DNA of 48,717 nt, taken from the IMG/VR virus record IMGVR_UViG_3300001730_000003, positions 1-48,717 of that record; one strand, 5' to 3'. Position numbers and translations under genes: made by a program. Source of the stretch: a virus. Lineage: Duplodnaviria; Caudoviricetes. Numbering within the stretch: position 1 is the stretch's first letter; every line of letters starts with the position of its first letter. The notes beneath the pieces were generated by a model. It was given only the letters and a program-made list of their open reading frames with translations, had not been told where the DNA came from and made no database searches. Below are positions 7,349-16,289 of the stretch, piece by piece.

Positions 7349-8996
7349 TATACCATCCTTCTATCATTGTTGCGTCACGTTCGTAATCTGCCGTCGACCG
7401 ATCAGCGGCCAACATGTCCAATGCGCTCATTCCGGTCGCCAGCCACAGGCGACGATGGCTCACCTGGTCCGTGTCGCCCATATGACGGCGCACACCGGCC
7501 CATTGCTCGATTGCTGCCTGCAACCTGCCCTGGGCCGCGATCTTGTCCTGCTGCCGCTTGCGCGCCCCGGCACCTGCGACCGGGCCGGCAGCGTGCGCAA
7601 CGCGAGTCTCCATGTCACCCGGCGCCTCAAGAGCCATTGCGGCCCGCATCTGGGCAAGGCGCTCACGGTCGAGCAGCATGAGATCGCCATCCACTTGCTC
7701 CAACGAGCGTGCGCCCGGCGCGGGCAACGGTGGCTCGGCCCCGCAATACGGGCAACGTGGCAGGGCTCGCTCGTATGGACGGCTGCACTCGCCACAGGCA
7801 CGTGGTGGGATGTCGTCGGGATCAACGGCACGCTTGGCTCGCTTCTCACGTCGGTCGAGGGTCTGCGGGACCGGGCGACCGGTGATGAGCAAGGTGTGCC
7901 GCTTGTAGTTGCTCACCATGTCGATGATGAGGCCGTACTGCTTTCCTGCAAAGATGCGCAGTGCACGACCGCACATCTGCAGGTACTTGTTCAGCGACAT
8001 TGTGGGTCTGGCGAGAATGACTGCCTCGCAGGCCGGTACGTCGAATCCTTCATCGAACAGGTCCACATTGACCAATACGTGTAACCGACCATCGCGAAAG
8101 CGTCGGATCATGTCGCGGCGAACCAGTGTGTCGGTCTTGGCGCTTACGGACGCGGCGGCGATACCGGCCGCATTGAACCGCGCGGCCATGTCGTTCGCCG
8201 TTTCGACATCGGTGGCGAAGACGATCGCACGCTTGCCGGCACACCACTTGATGTACTGTTCGACGACATCGCCGACAATGTGCGACCCCTTGGACGCCGC
8301 GGTCATTTTCTTGGGGCTGAAGTCGCCCTTGGCAGTGACCGCATCGTCATCGATCGAGAAGTCTGATTCCGCGACGACATACTCGTAATCGGTGATGCCG
8401 CCCAAATCGATCAATTCGCGCATGTTCGGCCCGACGACCATCGCGTCGAACAACCCGTCAGCATGGCGCCCGGTACCCATACCATCAGCCCGGATCGTAC
8501 AGGCGGTTACGCCAAGACCACGCGCATTGGTGAACAGTCGGACGGCCTGACCCCACTGATTTTCGCGGAGCAAATGATGCGCCTCATCCAACGTCCAATC
8601 GTCGATTTGTGCAGCCCACTGCTTCAAGTCGTCCGCACGTGAAACGATGGTTTGCACCGACCCGACCGCACAACCTGCATCGGGGTTCACCAGTGACCGG
8701 CCAAATTCGGCACGGTGTTCCTGCACGATGCCTGCAATGGTGGACTTGGAGCCGATGATTCGATGCTTGATCCCACGGCGCGCCACGTGCATCGACATCT
8801 GGCCGACCAGTTCATTCCGGTGCGCAATGATGCATTGTCGTGCGCCTTGGTTGTGTCGGTCGAGTACGATGTCAGACACAATGATTGACTTGCCGCCACC
8901 GGTCGGAAGCACACCGACAACATTCTGTGCACCGGATTGCCAGTGGTCGTAAATGCCCTGCTTGAGTGCGGCCTGGTCGGGTCTGAGAGTGATCAA
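7341..8996 (-). CDS. SF2 DEAH-box helicase
   Basis: LRPDQ, LPTGGGKS, DEAHH, TA, FDEGFDVP, QMCGRALR; C-terminal zinc finger. Confidence 0.95.
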   Translation of the reverse strand: MITLRPDQAALKQGIYDHWQSGAQNVVGVLPTGGGKSIIVSDIVLDRHNQGARQCIIAHRNELVGQMSMHVARRGIKHRIIGSKSTIAGIVQEHRAEFGRSLVNPDAGCAVGSVQTIVSRADDLKQWAAQIDDWTLDEAHHLLRENQWGQAVRLFTNARGLGVTACTIRADGMGTGRHADGLFDAMVVGPNMRELIDLGGITDYEYVVAESDFSIDDDAVTAKGDFSPKKMTAASKGSHIVGDVVEQYIKWCAGKRAIVFATDVETANDMAARFNAAGIAAASVSAKTDTLVRRDMIRRFRDGRLHVLVNVDLFDEGFDVPACEAVILARPTMSLNKYLQMCGRALRIFAGKQYGLIIDMVSNYKRHTLLITGRPVPQTLDRREKRAKRAVDPDDIPPRACGECSRPYERALPRCPYCGAEPPLPAPGARSLEQVDGDLMLLDRERLAQMRAAMALEAPGDMETRVAHAAGPVAGAGARKRQQDKIAAQGRLQAAIEQWAGVRRHMGDTDQVSHRRLWLATGMSALDMLAADRSTADYERDATMIEGWYNG

Positions 8997-9000
8997 TGAT

Positions 9001-9417
9001 TTACACCCGCCCCAAAACCATCACCTGCCACACATCGCCCGCTCCTGGCCCAATGAGCGGTTCATCGGTCCATGACGGGTTCCATTCGATCTTGCCGCCC
9101 TTGCACACGACCACATGGCCCCCACCGCCCCGAGTGCCGCCGAACAGCAGATATACGGAGGTGGGGTTGAGTTGGGCCATGTGGTCCAGAATCAGTTCGA
9201 GTGGTTCACCCGGCAGGTGCATGATGAACGGCGCCTCACCGAACGGTGCGAGCCAGTCGCGCAACCGCTGCATCGCCACGGACGGTTCCGGGTTGTCGTG
9301 CATGAAGTGCGACACCTGCGTGTAGTCGAGTTCCATGACCGACGCGACACAAGCGCGCAGACAGTCGCCGTATGTGTGAGGTGGGTCATGTTTGACCCGA
9401 CAGTGTTCGTAGTTCAC
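9001..9417 (-). CDS. Putative papain-like/C39-like cysteine peptidase-fold protein
   Basis: GDCLRACVAS...GHVVV...IEWNP gives a candidate Cys/His/Asn arrangement. Confidence 0.45.
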   Translation of the reverse strand: MNYEHCRVKHDPPHTYGDCLRACVASVMELDYTQVSHFMHDNPEPSVAMQRLRDWLAPFGEAPFIMHLPGEPLELILDHMAQLNPTSVYLLFGGTRGGGGHVVVCKGGKIEWNPSWTDEPLIGPGAGDVWQVMVLGRV

Positions 9418-9420
9418 AGA

Positions 9421-9819
9421 TTAGACACCCCACTCGGTGTTACCGTACAGGACAGATTGAAACACCATGATGCGATCCTGCTTGTTCATCAGGTTCAACC
9501 GTGTGCATATTCGCGTGGCAATCTTGTGCTTTTGCGCGAAGTCGGTGTTAGTCGTAACAATCAAGTTCTCATTGCTTTTTCGCCACGACATGAACGTGTC
9601 CCGAGCCAAATCTTGATAGTGTTCGGTTGCACCCTCCCAATGCCATTTCTGCTCGTCGAGATAACCGACAAGTTCGGACAGATTTCTATGACTATCGACC
9701 ACAACGAGAAAATCAGCATCTGTGTCGATAGGTGCAGGATTACATGTGACCCGACTGCCACACGCGGTTACTTCTGCACCAAATTCAGCATGTAGTTTAG
9801 CGATGAAATTGTCATCCAT
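9421..9819 (-). CDS. Minimal Pol-beta-type nucleotidyltransferase-like protein
   Basis: GS-x10-DxD-hhh signature (CGSRVTCNPAPIDTDADFLVV); AT-rich. Confidence 0.6.
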   Translation of the reverse strand: MDDNFIAKLHAEFGAEVTACGSRVTCNPAPIDTDADFLVVVDSHRNLSELVGYLDEQKWHWEGATEHYQDLARDTFMSWRKSNENLIVTTNTDFAQKHKIATRICTRLNLMNKQDRIMVFQSVLYGNTEWGV

Positions 9820-9821
9820 GT

Positions 9822-10430
9822 CTATTCTCCTACCCGTAACCACCCCGGCATTTCGGCGGGTGCATGATACAACCCGTCCTGTTTCTGCGGCAGGAAAAAT
9901 CCCACCCAATCAGCCGTCGTCACGTCTCGCATCATCGTGCACCGTTGGTTCGGATCGATGATACGCTCGAACACGACATCACCGGACGGGCTGACAGAGG
10001 CAAGCGCTGCGATCGATGCCGCATCCCAGACCATGGCGCTTCCGACACCCGGTGCATTGAGCGGTTCGCGGCAGGGTGCGATCACCTCGCGCCACCGCCC
10101 GAGTTCACCGTTCACAGGCACGTAGAGATTTTCTTGCGTCGACCATCCGTAGCTGGTCTTGACGGTGGTGTAGGCGAGCATATCGTTCGGGACGATCGAG
10201 ACGGTGCCACCGAGGCCGGCTTCAGTCTCGCACTGACGCACCAGATCGCCCGACAGCCGCAAGTGGAACGTGCCTTCGAACTGCGGCACGATCTGCTCAA
10301 TGGCGAGCAATTTGCGGTCGCACGAGATTACCATGCCCGACTCGAGTCGTAATGCCTGGAAATTGGGATCTTTGGCACGCCGGACGAGTGTTGCGTGTCG
10401 GGCGATGGTTTCTGCGGGGATCTGGATCAC
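9822..10430 (-). CDS. Hypothetical protein, possibly beta-clamp-like
   Basis: GTG start coupled to the upstream stop; VISCDRKLLAIE resembles the ATDGHRL clamp motif. Confidence 0.35.
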   Translation of the reverse strand: MIQIPAETIARHATLVRRAKDPNFQALRLESGMVISCDRKLLAIEQIVPQFEGTFHLRLSGDLVRQCETEAGLGGTVSIVPNDMLAYTTVKTSYGWSTQENLYVPVNGELGRWREVIAPCREPLNAPGVGSAMVWDAASIAALASVSPSGDVVFERIIDPNQRCTMMRDVTTADWVGFFLPQKQDGLYHAPAEMPGWLRVGE

Positions 10431-10606
10431 AGCTGGTAATCCTTGACTAGAAGCCGGAGAACCGAAATGTTGTCGTCCAGAGTTTCGTTGCAGTCGCTGA
10501 GTGCTTGATTTACCCCTGCCAATATCTTCGTCAGCAGGGCATTGCATAGCAGGGAGACCATCAGTGCCCCTGTCACAAACCCCATCCAATAACCCGGCCA
10601 GCCCAT
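10427..10606 (-). CDS. Small membrane-anchored protein
   Basis: AAGGAG RBS; hydrophobic N-terminus. Confidence 0.55.
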   Translation of the reverse strand: MGWPGYWMGFVTGALMVSLLCNALLTKILAGVNQALSDCNETLDDNISVLRLLVKDYQL

Positions 10607-10631
10607 TTCGAATCTCCTTGTCACTCTATGC

Positions 10632-10682
10632 TTACCGTTGTGAAAGTTTCCGCTTTACATGTCAACCCGCCTGACGTACCAC
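10632..10682. promoter_or_regulatory. Overlapping divergent promoters
   Basis: Core tttacatgtcaa gives plus TTTACA-N17-TACCAC and minus TTGACA-N17-CACAAC at a strand switch. Confidence 0.5.
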
Positions 10683-10720
10683 GGTGAAGCAAATGACGCA
10701 CGATGATGGAGTGACTGAAA

Positions 10721-11470
10721 ATGACGAAACTGACCCTTACGATCGAGGGTGATGCCACGGCAATTGCTCGTGTGCTCGCTGCGATCGATCCAGAGGCACC
10801 CGTACCGGGAAACGCCCCTTCCACGTCCACTGGCGGTGGTACTCCGGTCGCCCCGGTATCGCCGCCCAACGCGCCGAGTTCGGCTGCTCCGACCCCGAGT
10901 GCACCGTCCCTGCCCACGCCGCCCACCTCGACCACATCGCCCGATGATGACGATGAAGGAGACGATGGCCCGGCTGCACCGGATGCTCCCGAGACCGATT
11001 CGGCCGGTCTGCGCTGGGACGAACGCATTCATGCCGGCAACAAGGCGACCAAGGCGGACGGAACGTGGAAGCGGCGCCGCAATGTCAGCGACGAACTCGT
11101 GGCCCAGGTCGAGCAGGAATTGCGCGGTGGTGCAGCGCCGCCACCGCCCGCTGCAACCACACCGACCGCGCCGATGCCGGCCCCTGTGGCGGCACCCGCG
11201 CCCGCTCCGGCACCTGTCCCGCAGCCGATCGCTGCACCGACCCCGCCGCCTGCTCCGGTTGACCCTGCGACGATCGATTTCCCCGGCTTCCTCGGCAAGC
11301 TGTCCGAACTCGGCACATCGGGTAAGGTCGATACCGACTACCTGACCGATCTGACACAGCGTGCTGCGGCGGCGTGGCAGCGCCCGCTGCAATCACTCAC
11401 CGATCTCGGCACCAACCCGGACATGATTCCGTGGGTCGTGCAGACGATGATCAACGAACAGCGCTGGTGA
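10721..11470 (+). CDS. Pro-rich phage protein with WDERIH domain
   Basis: D..GL.WDERIH......ADGTWKRRRNV motif seen in siphovirus replication clusters. Confidence 0.75.
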   Translation: MTKLTLTIEGDATAIARVLAAIDPEAPVPGNAPSTSTGGGTPVAPVSPPNAPSSAAPTPSAPSLPTPPTSTTSPDDDDEGDDGPAAPDAPETDSAGLRWDERIHAGNKATKADGTWKRRRNVSDELVAQVEQELRGGAAPPPPAATTPTAPMPAPVAAPAPAPAPVPQPIAAPTPPPAPVDPATIDFPGFLGKLSELGTSGKVDTDYLTDLTQRAAAAWQRPLQSLTDLGTNPDMIPWVVQTMINEQRW

Positions 11471-11522
11471 ACACATGGACCGGGTGTGCTGAGTGGTGCA
11501 CCCGGTCCAATGGAGGTGTGAG

Positions 11523-11801
11523 ATGAGCCCCGAGACGTGGGAAACCATCAACCAATGGTGCGACGACACGTTCGGTCCCGCCACAGTCGAGCAGATCATA
11601 GAGCGGGCACGCGAAGAGTTCGACGAACTTGAGGATATTGATTGCGACCCGGCAATAGAAGCTGCCGACGTTGTGATTTGCCTCTGCCGCATCCCCGGAT
11701 TTGCGGACGCCTTGCAGCGCAAGATGGCGATCAATCGCAAGCGCAAGTGGCGCCTAGTTGGCAATGGTTCGGGCTATCACATACCGGATGGTGAGCAATG
11801 A
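11523..11801 (+). CDS. MazG-like/DUF550 dNTP pyrophosphohydrolase
   Basis: W...TFG, EEFDEL, EAADV, KMAINRKRKW. Confidence 0.75.
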   Translation: MSPETWETINQWCDDTFGPATVEQIIERAREEFDELEDIDCDPAIEAADVVICLCRIPGFADALQRKMAINRKRKWRLVGNGSGYHIPDGEQ

Positions 11802-12847
11802 TCTCCACCACAGCTACCGACCTTCCCAGGGTCATGCAGTGCCTCGGGTCGACCGAAATGGTCCCGGCGCTGCCCCCGTCCGTAACGGACGAAGCGCGCG
11901 CCGAAGGCACCGCAGCACACTGGCTCGCTCAGGAGATGTTCGACGGGCGAGACGTGCGGGCCGGGATGCGCGCACATAACGGCCACGTCATCACTGACGC
12001 GATGATCGAGTACACGTCGCAGTACGTCAGTGCGCTCGATTGCGGGCAGATGGAGGTCAACACGTCATGGGGTGAGGTGCGAGGCAGAGCGGACCATGTG
12101 GTCTGTCGCGACGCCAGCACACTCACCATAGACGAGTTCAAGACCGGATTTCGCACTGTCGAGCCTTACGAGAACTGGACCCTTCTGTCCCACGCGATCG
12201 GGTGGTGCATTTCGAACCAGTCTGCCCCGGATCGAATCGTGCTTCGGGTGCACCAACCGCGCGCATTCCACCACAAGGGGCCACTGCGCGAGTGGTGCAT
12301 CGACTACCAGATGCTCATGTCCTACCATGCGCGCATCGTGGATCGTCTTTCGCAGGCGCCCGAGACGCTGCAGACCGGCCCCATGTGCATAAAGTGCCCG
12401 GCTCTTGCAGATTGCCCGGCAGCGCGTGAACGCGACATGCGGGCGATCGATGCGACTGCGCAGACGTTCAGCGACGATCTGCCAGATCCGGTGCTTGCGC
12501 AGCAGTACGACCTGCTCGAATATGCCGTGAAGGCGATGGAGGCCCGACGCGATGCGCTTGGTGAACTGATGACCCACCGTATCGGTGAGGGTCACGCGTT
12601 CCAAGGTTTCGGGCTCAAGCCGCGCTACGGACACACGAAGTGGAACACCGGCCTGACGGGTGGATTGGTGCGCGCGATCACCGGCATCGACTGCTCCAAG
12701 GACGGGCTGGTGACGCCGGCCGAAGCGAAGCGCCGCGGTGTACCCGATGCAGTGATTGAGCAGATGACAACTCGCCCGATGATCGGGCAGAAATTGACCA
12801 GGATCGATGAAGATCGTGAAGCGAGGGAGGCGTTTGGAAATGGATGA
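11798..12847 (+). CDS. Cas4-like PD-(D/E)XK exonuclease (DUF2800-like)
   Basis: CLGS, EGTAAH, GRAD, DEFKTG, VHQPR, CIKCPALADC. Confidence 0.85.
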   Translation: MISTTATDLPRVMQCLGSTEMVPALPPSVTDEARAEGTAAHWLAQEMFDGRDVRAGMRAHNGHVITDAMIEYTSQYVSALDCGQMEVNTSWGEVRGRADHVVCRDASTLTIDEFKTGFRTVEPYENWTLLSHAIGWCISNQSAPDRIVLRVHQPRAFHHKGPLREWCIDYQMLMSYHARIVDRLSQAPETLQTGPMCIKCPALADCPAARERDMRAIDATAQTFSDDLPDPVLAQQYDLLEYAVKAMEARRDALGELMTHRIGEGHAFQGFGLKPRYGHTKWNTGLTGGLVRAITGIDCSKDGLVTPAEAKRRGVPDAVIEQMTTRPMIGQKLTRIDEDREAREAFGNG

Positions 12848-13184
12848 TGTCACACCGAATCGCTTGCTCAAGGATGATGCACTTCGCCAGTTGACGTTCG
12901 ATGCGATCAAGCAAGATCATGACCGAATGATTGAGTTGTTGAAGAAAACATATCTTCACAAGGAAGTCACTCTGATCAACACATATCCGAAGAAATCGCG
13001 TGGAAGGGCAGCCTACATCGAAGGTATCATCATTGACCGTGGCGAACCATTGTTTCTCTGCATGGTCCTACACTCGGGCAGCGAAACTGAATTTCTCAAT
13101 TCGGAGGGTGGACGCGAACATATCGTTCGTGGTCGGAATTCATTATCATGGACGATGAGGGTGAGCAGTCATGAAAATGTGTAA
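12840..13184 (+). CDS. Hypothetical protein (possible frameshift near 13108)
   Basis: ORF with GGAGG RBS; see rejected list. Confidence 0.55.
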   Translation: MDDVTPNRLLKDDALRQLTFDAIKQDHDRMIELLKKTYLHKEVTLINTYPKKSRGRAAYIEGIIIDRGEPLFLCMVLHSGSETEFLNSEGGREHIVRGRNSLSWTMRVSSHENV

Positions 13185-13482
13185 GTTCCCCGGTGCTCGT
13201 GCCATCGGTGCACCGAAAGGGTGGGATCAGACCCTAGATGGTGAATGTGGTGCGGTTTTCGTCACCGATGCCGTCGATACGCTATCGGGGCAAAACTTCA
13301 TGTATTCGGTCTACAAGCCGACTGCGGAAGACCTTGAAGCACTAAATAATGGTGGCGTGGTTCGGCTTGGCATCATGGGTTTCAGTCACCCGGTGTTCAA
13401 CATGTCCGTGCTCGGCCCGAAATTGGCCGAATCGTGCGATGTTGAAACGGTGTGGGACATGGGTCCGGTGATTGAAGAATGA
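13171..13482 (+). CDS. Hypothetical phage protein
   Basis: GAPKGWD...GECG..., YKPTAEDLEALNNGG.V.L stretch. Confidence 0.7.
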   Translation: MKMCKFPGARAIGAPKGWDQTLDGECGAVFVTDAVDTLSGQNFMYSVYKPTAEDLEALNNGGVVRLGIMGFSHPVFNMSVLGPKLAESCDVETVWDMGPVIEE

Positions 13483-13688
13483 CGTGGTTTCAGCAACAGC
13501 GACAGGACTTCATTCGTGCCAACCTGCAAACATACGGGATGATTCGACGACAGCAGGTCGTAGATAAATTCAAAGTGACAACACAGGTCGCATCGACCGA
13601 CATTCAACAATTCATTGCCGACCATCCTGACCTGATCGATTATGATCGGTCGGCTAAATGCTACACGTTCGATCAGACGCAACTCTAG
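13479..13688 (+). CDS. Small winged-helix protein resembling the WYL-regulator N-terminus
   Basis: RQDFI...G.IRRQQVVDKF.V....AS.DI..F...P..I.YD.SAKCY. Confidence 0.55.
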   Translation: MTWFQQQRQDFIRANLQTYGMIRRQQVVDKFKVTTQVASTDIQQFIADHPDLIDYDRSAKCYTFDQTQL

Positions 13689-13701
13689 GAGTATCAGAGT
13701 C

Positions 13702-14649
13702 ATGAGTGAGAATGGATCAGAGTTCACCACCACGGTCGGTCGGATCGTGTTTGGTCATCCTGGCGAGACGCGGGACAAGAAGAAGGATGGTCAGCCCGTC
13801 CTCGATCAGACCACGCAGCAGCCGATCAAACAGACCGTGTTCGGCGTGGCGTTCCCCAAGGCCGAGTTCGACCAGCACATCAAGCCGTGGCTCGAATACG
13901 AAGCCGGGACGACTTTCAGCAACGGCATCCCGCCGCAGTTTGCGTGGAAGTACGTCGACGGCGATCGCGCCGATGCACCGTGGAACCAGCAGCGCAATCA
14001 GGCCGGCACCCCGTACAATCAGCGTCCGGGCTATGCGGGTCATTATGTCCTGACGTTTTCGACCGAACTGCCCGGCATGCCGCAGATGTTCGTGCTGAAC
14101 AACGGTGCCTATTTCCAGATCGGCAAGGACCAGATCAAGTGCGGTGACTACGTGCGGATCAAGGTGAACGCGAAGGCTCACGGCGGCAACTCGCCCGGCC
14201 TGTACGTGAACCCGATGCTGCTCGAAAAGGTCGGTGACGGCGAGGCTATTCAGACCGGTGGTGGTGCAGGCGACCCGATGGCGGCGTTCGGCGGTCAGGC
14301 CGCTCAGTTGCCGCCTGGGGTCAGTGCACCGACTGTGGGTCAGCCGCCTGCTGCTCCTGCACCGCAGACACCGCAGCAGCCCGCATACGCACCGCCAGCC
14401 CCTCAGGCCCCGGCACCCGCACCGGGAAACCCGCCACAGGCCCCGGCACCCGCACCGGGAAACCCGCCACAGGCACATGCTGCTCCGGCTGCGGCACCTG
14501 GTTACACGGCGGCACCCCCTCCGGCTTCCCCGTCCTCTGCCCCGCCTGCCCCGCAGATGCCGCCACCGGCCACTGACTTCATTCCGGGTGCACCTCAGGC
14601 CCCGCAGCCGCCCGCGGCACCCTATCCGGGCATGCCCGCCCCGCGATGA
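13702..14649 (+). CDS. ssDNA-binding protein (DUF2815-like) with Pro-rich tail
   Basis: GRIVFG, DGD, GYAGHYV, IKCGDYVR, GLYVN; located between exonuclease and polymerase. Confidence 0.75.
   Translation: MSENGSEFTTTVGRIVFGHPGETRDKKKDGQPVLDQTTQQPIKQTVFGVAFPKAEFDQHIKPWLEYEAGTTFSNGIPPQFAWKYVDGDRADAPWNQQRNQAGTPYNQRPGYAGHYVLTFSTELPGMPQMFVLNNGAYFQIGKDQIKCGDYVRIKVNAKAHGGNSPGLYVNPMLLEKVGDGEAIQTGGGAGDPMAAFGGQAAQLPPGVSAPTVGQPPAAPAPQTPQQPAYAPPAPQAPAPAPGNPPQAPAPAPGNPPQAHAAPAAAPGYTAAPPPASPSSAPPAPQMPPPATDFIPGAPQAPQPPAAPYPGMPAPR
14404..14474 (+). repeat. 33-bp in-frame tandem duplication (QAPAPAPGNPP twice)
   Basis: caggccccggcacccgcaccgggaaacccgcca at 14404 and 14437. Confidence 0.95.
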
Positions 14650-14751
14650 AATAGGGGCATGCCAGAAGTGTGGAGCGCGATGGACAGAACCCTGTCGCGC
14701 TCCATCGGGGATGCTCCAGTACGAAGACTGTGTGCCTTTTTAGGGTGAGAC

Positions 14752-15075
14752 ATGACCGAAATCGAAGAACTGCAAGATCGCATTAATGAACTGAATGATG
14801 ACTGTGCTGCAATCACGGCCCAACTCGACCATGCTAAGGCGTTGGGGGACATAAACCCGCTGTGGGCCGCGCGGGCACGTACAGCATTACGGTTCAAGCG
14901 GATCGACTTCAACAATGCACAGCGTGAATTGTCCATTCTGCGCAAGGCTGAGCGATCTCGCGTACACTTCCGCACGAAGTTCTACGATGTGTGCAAGCGT
15001 GAACTCGAACCGTCCGACATGGACGATCTGGTGCAAATGGCGCGTGATGCGTCGGGATATAGAGGTGAGTTGTGA
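14752..15075 (+). CDS. Hypothetical coiled-coil protein
   Basis: ORF in operon. Confidence 0.65.
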   Translation: MTEIEELQDRINELNDDCAAITAQLDHAKALGDINPLWAARARTALRFKRIDFNNAQRELSILRKAERSRVHFRTKFYDVCKRELEPSDMDDLVQMARDASGYRGEL

Positions 15076-15575
15076 CAGCACAAGACAGACAGCATGGCGG
15101 TGATCACTACAAGCGCATGAGTGTCGAACCGTGGTCGGTTGTCGATACCTGGCCGCTCGAACAGCGAATCGGCTTCTATCGCGGCAACGCACTGAAATAC
15201 GTGATGCGTATGTCCGACAAGGACGCGCCCGCCGACAATATCGGCAAAGCGGCTCACTATTGCGAGAAGTTGACCGAAGTGTTGCGTGAGGCCGACAGTG
15301 AGCCGGAATTGCCGCTCAGGGACGCTATCAGCGATCCGCGCATCATGATCGAGCCGAAGTGTCAAACGACCGTTGATGCACCGCCTGATGCATACTGTCT
15401 CGTATCCACACCGGATGCATTCTTTACCGACAACACGCCCTGCATACGATGCGGTCCAGGCCCATGCACAGCCGGCCACACCGACCCGCGCATCCCGACC
15501 GTGATCTGCCCGGTCACTGAGGTCAATTGCGGCCAGGCGTGCAATCCGGGCGAGTGCAGGAAGCAGCGGAAATGA
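15072..15575 (+). CDS. DUF3310-domain protein with Cys-rich C-terminus
   Basis: QHGGDHYK, GFYRGNALKYVMR...K, KAAHY. Confidence 0.8.
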   Translation: MTAQDRQHGGDHYKRMSVEPWSVVDTWPLEQRIGFYRGNALKYVMRMSDKDAPADNIGKAAHYCEKLTEVLREADSEPELPLRDAISDPRIMIEPKCQTTVDAPPDAYCLVSTPDAFFTDNTPCIRCGPGPCTAGHTDPRIPTVICPVTEVNCGQACNPGECRKQRK

Positions 15576-15733
15576 ACATCGCGGTCGGCCTGTTCGTATG
15601 CGCCGTCATCTGGTCCGCAGTGGACAATTGGATCACCCGGCGCGCAATTGACCATTTGCAGGCGCGCATGGACATCTGGTCGGTGCAGTGCGGCAAGGTG
15701 CTGGATGAGGTGCGTGAGAAAGGTAGTGAATAA
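15572..15733 (+). CDS. Small membrane-anchored protein
   Basis: ATGA overlap; MNIAVGLFVCAVIW. Confidence 0.5.
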   Translation: MNIAVGLFVCAVIWSAVDNWITRRAIDHLQARMDIWSVQCGKVLDEVREKGSE

Positions 15734-16289
15734 AAAACAGAAGCACTGTAACAAATCGATCGATGATTTCTATATCGATCAGAGGCGTGGTGATGGACAT
15801 TACCCGATTTGTAAATCATGTCACCGGGAGTACTCACGCGAAAGATACAAAAACAACGAGCATGTGAGAAAACAAAGTAGTGATAGATCAAAGCGTCTGA
15901 GGGAAACTAACGAGGGTCGAGATGCTATAGCACGCAGAGGCGATAAATACTATTCATCAATTCACGGTAGAGCAAAAACACTTTGGCGCGGTGCACATGC
16001 GAGGGATGCATCTGCAACGCTCACTTTGGAAAAAGTCACTGAAATGCTGCAGAGAGGTGTCTGTTCTGTCACGGGAATACCTTTCGATCTTTCGAGTGGG
16101 TACAGGCGCAGAACCGGAAGAAATATGAACCCATTAGCACCATCGCTCGACCAGATAGTTGCCGGTGCAGGTTACACCAATGAAAATACTCGAATTGTGA
16201 TCTGGCATTACAACTGGATGAAGGGTCAATTCACTGATTTCGAGACATATTTAATGGCTAAGGCCATAGTTGCGAGTTTTGAAAAATGA
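15726..16289 (+). CDS. HNH-like putative homing endonuclease, same family as 461-1102
   Basis: CKSC, CSVTGIPF, APSLDQI..G.GYTNEN.RIV...YNWMK; AT-rich. Confidence 0.75.
   Translation: MNKKQKHCNKSIDDFYIDQRRGDGHYPICKSCHREYSRERYKNNEHVRKQSSDRSKRLRETNEGRDAIARRGDKYYSSIHGRAKTLWRGAHARDASATLTLEKVTEMLQRGVCSVTGIPFDLSSGYRRRTGRNMNPLAPSLDQIVAGAGYTNENTRIVIWHYNWMKGQFTDFETYLMAKAIVASFEK

Noticed and set aside
11798-12847. CRISPR-associated cas4
   Set aside because: Stand-alone phage exonuclease in the usual exonuclease-SSB-polymerase context.
13098-13184. Programmed frameshift in 12840-13184 (an alternative frame from 13109 ends in a neat ATGA overlap at 13174)
   Set aside because: No slippery sequence; a single-base deletion or assembly error is as likely and cannot be resolved without reads.
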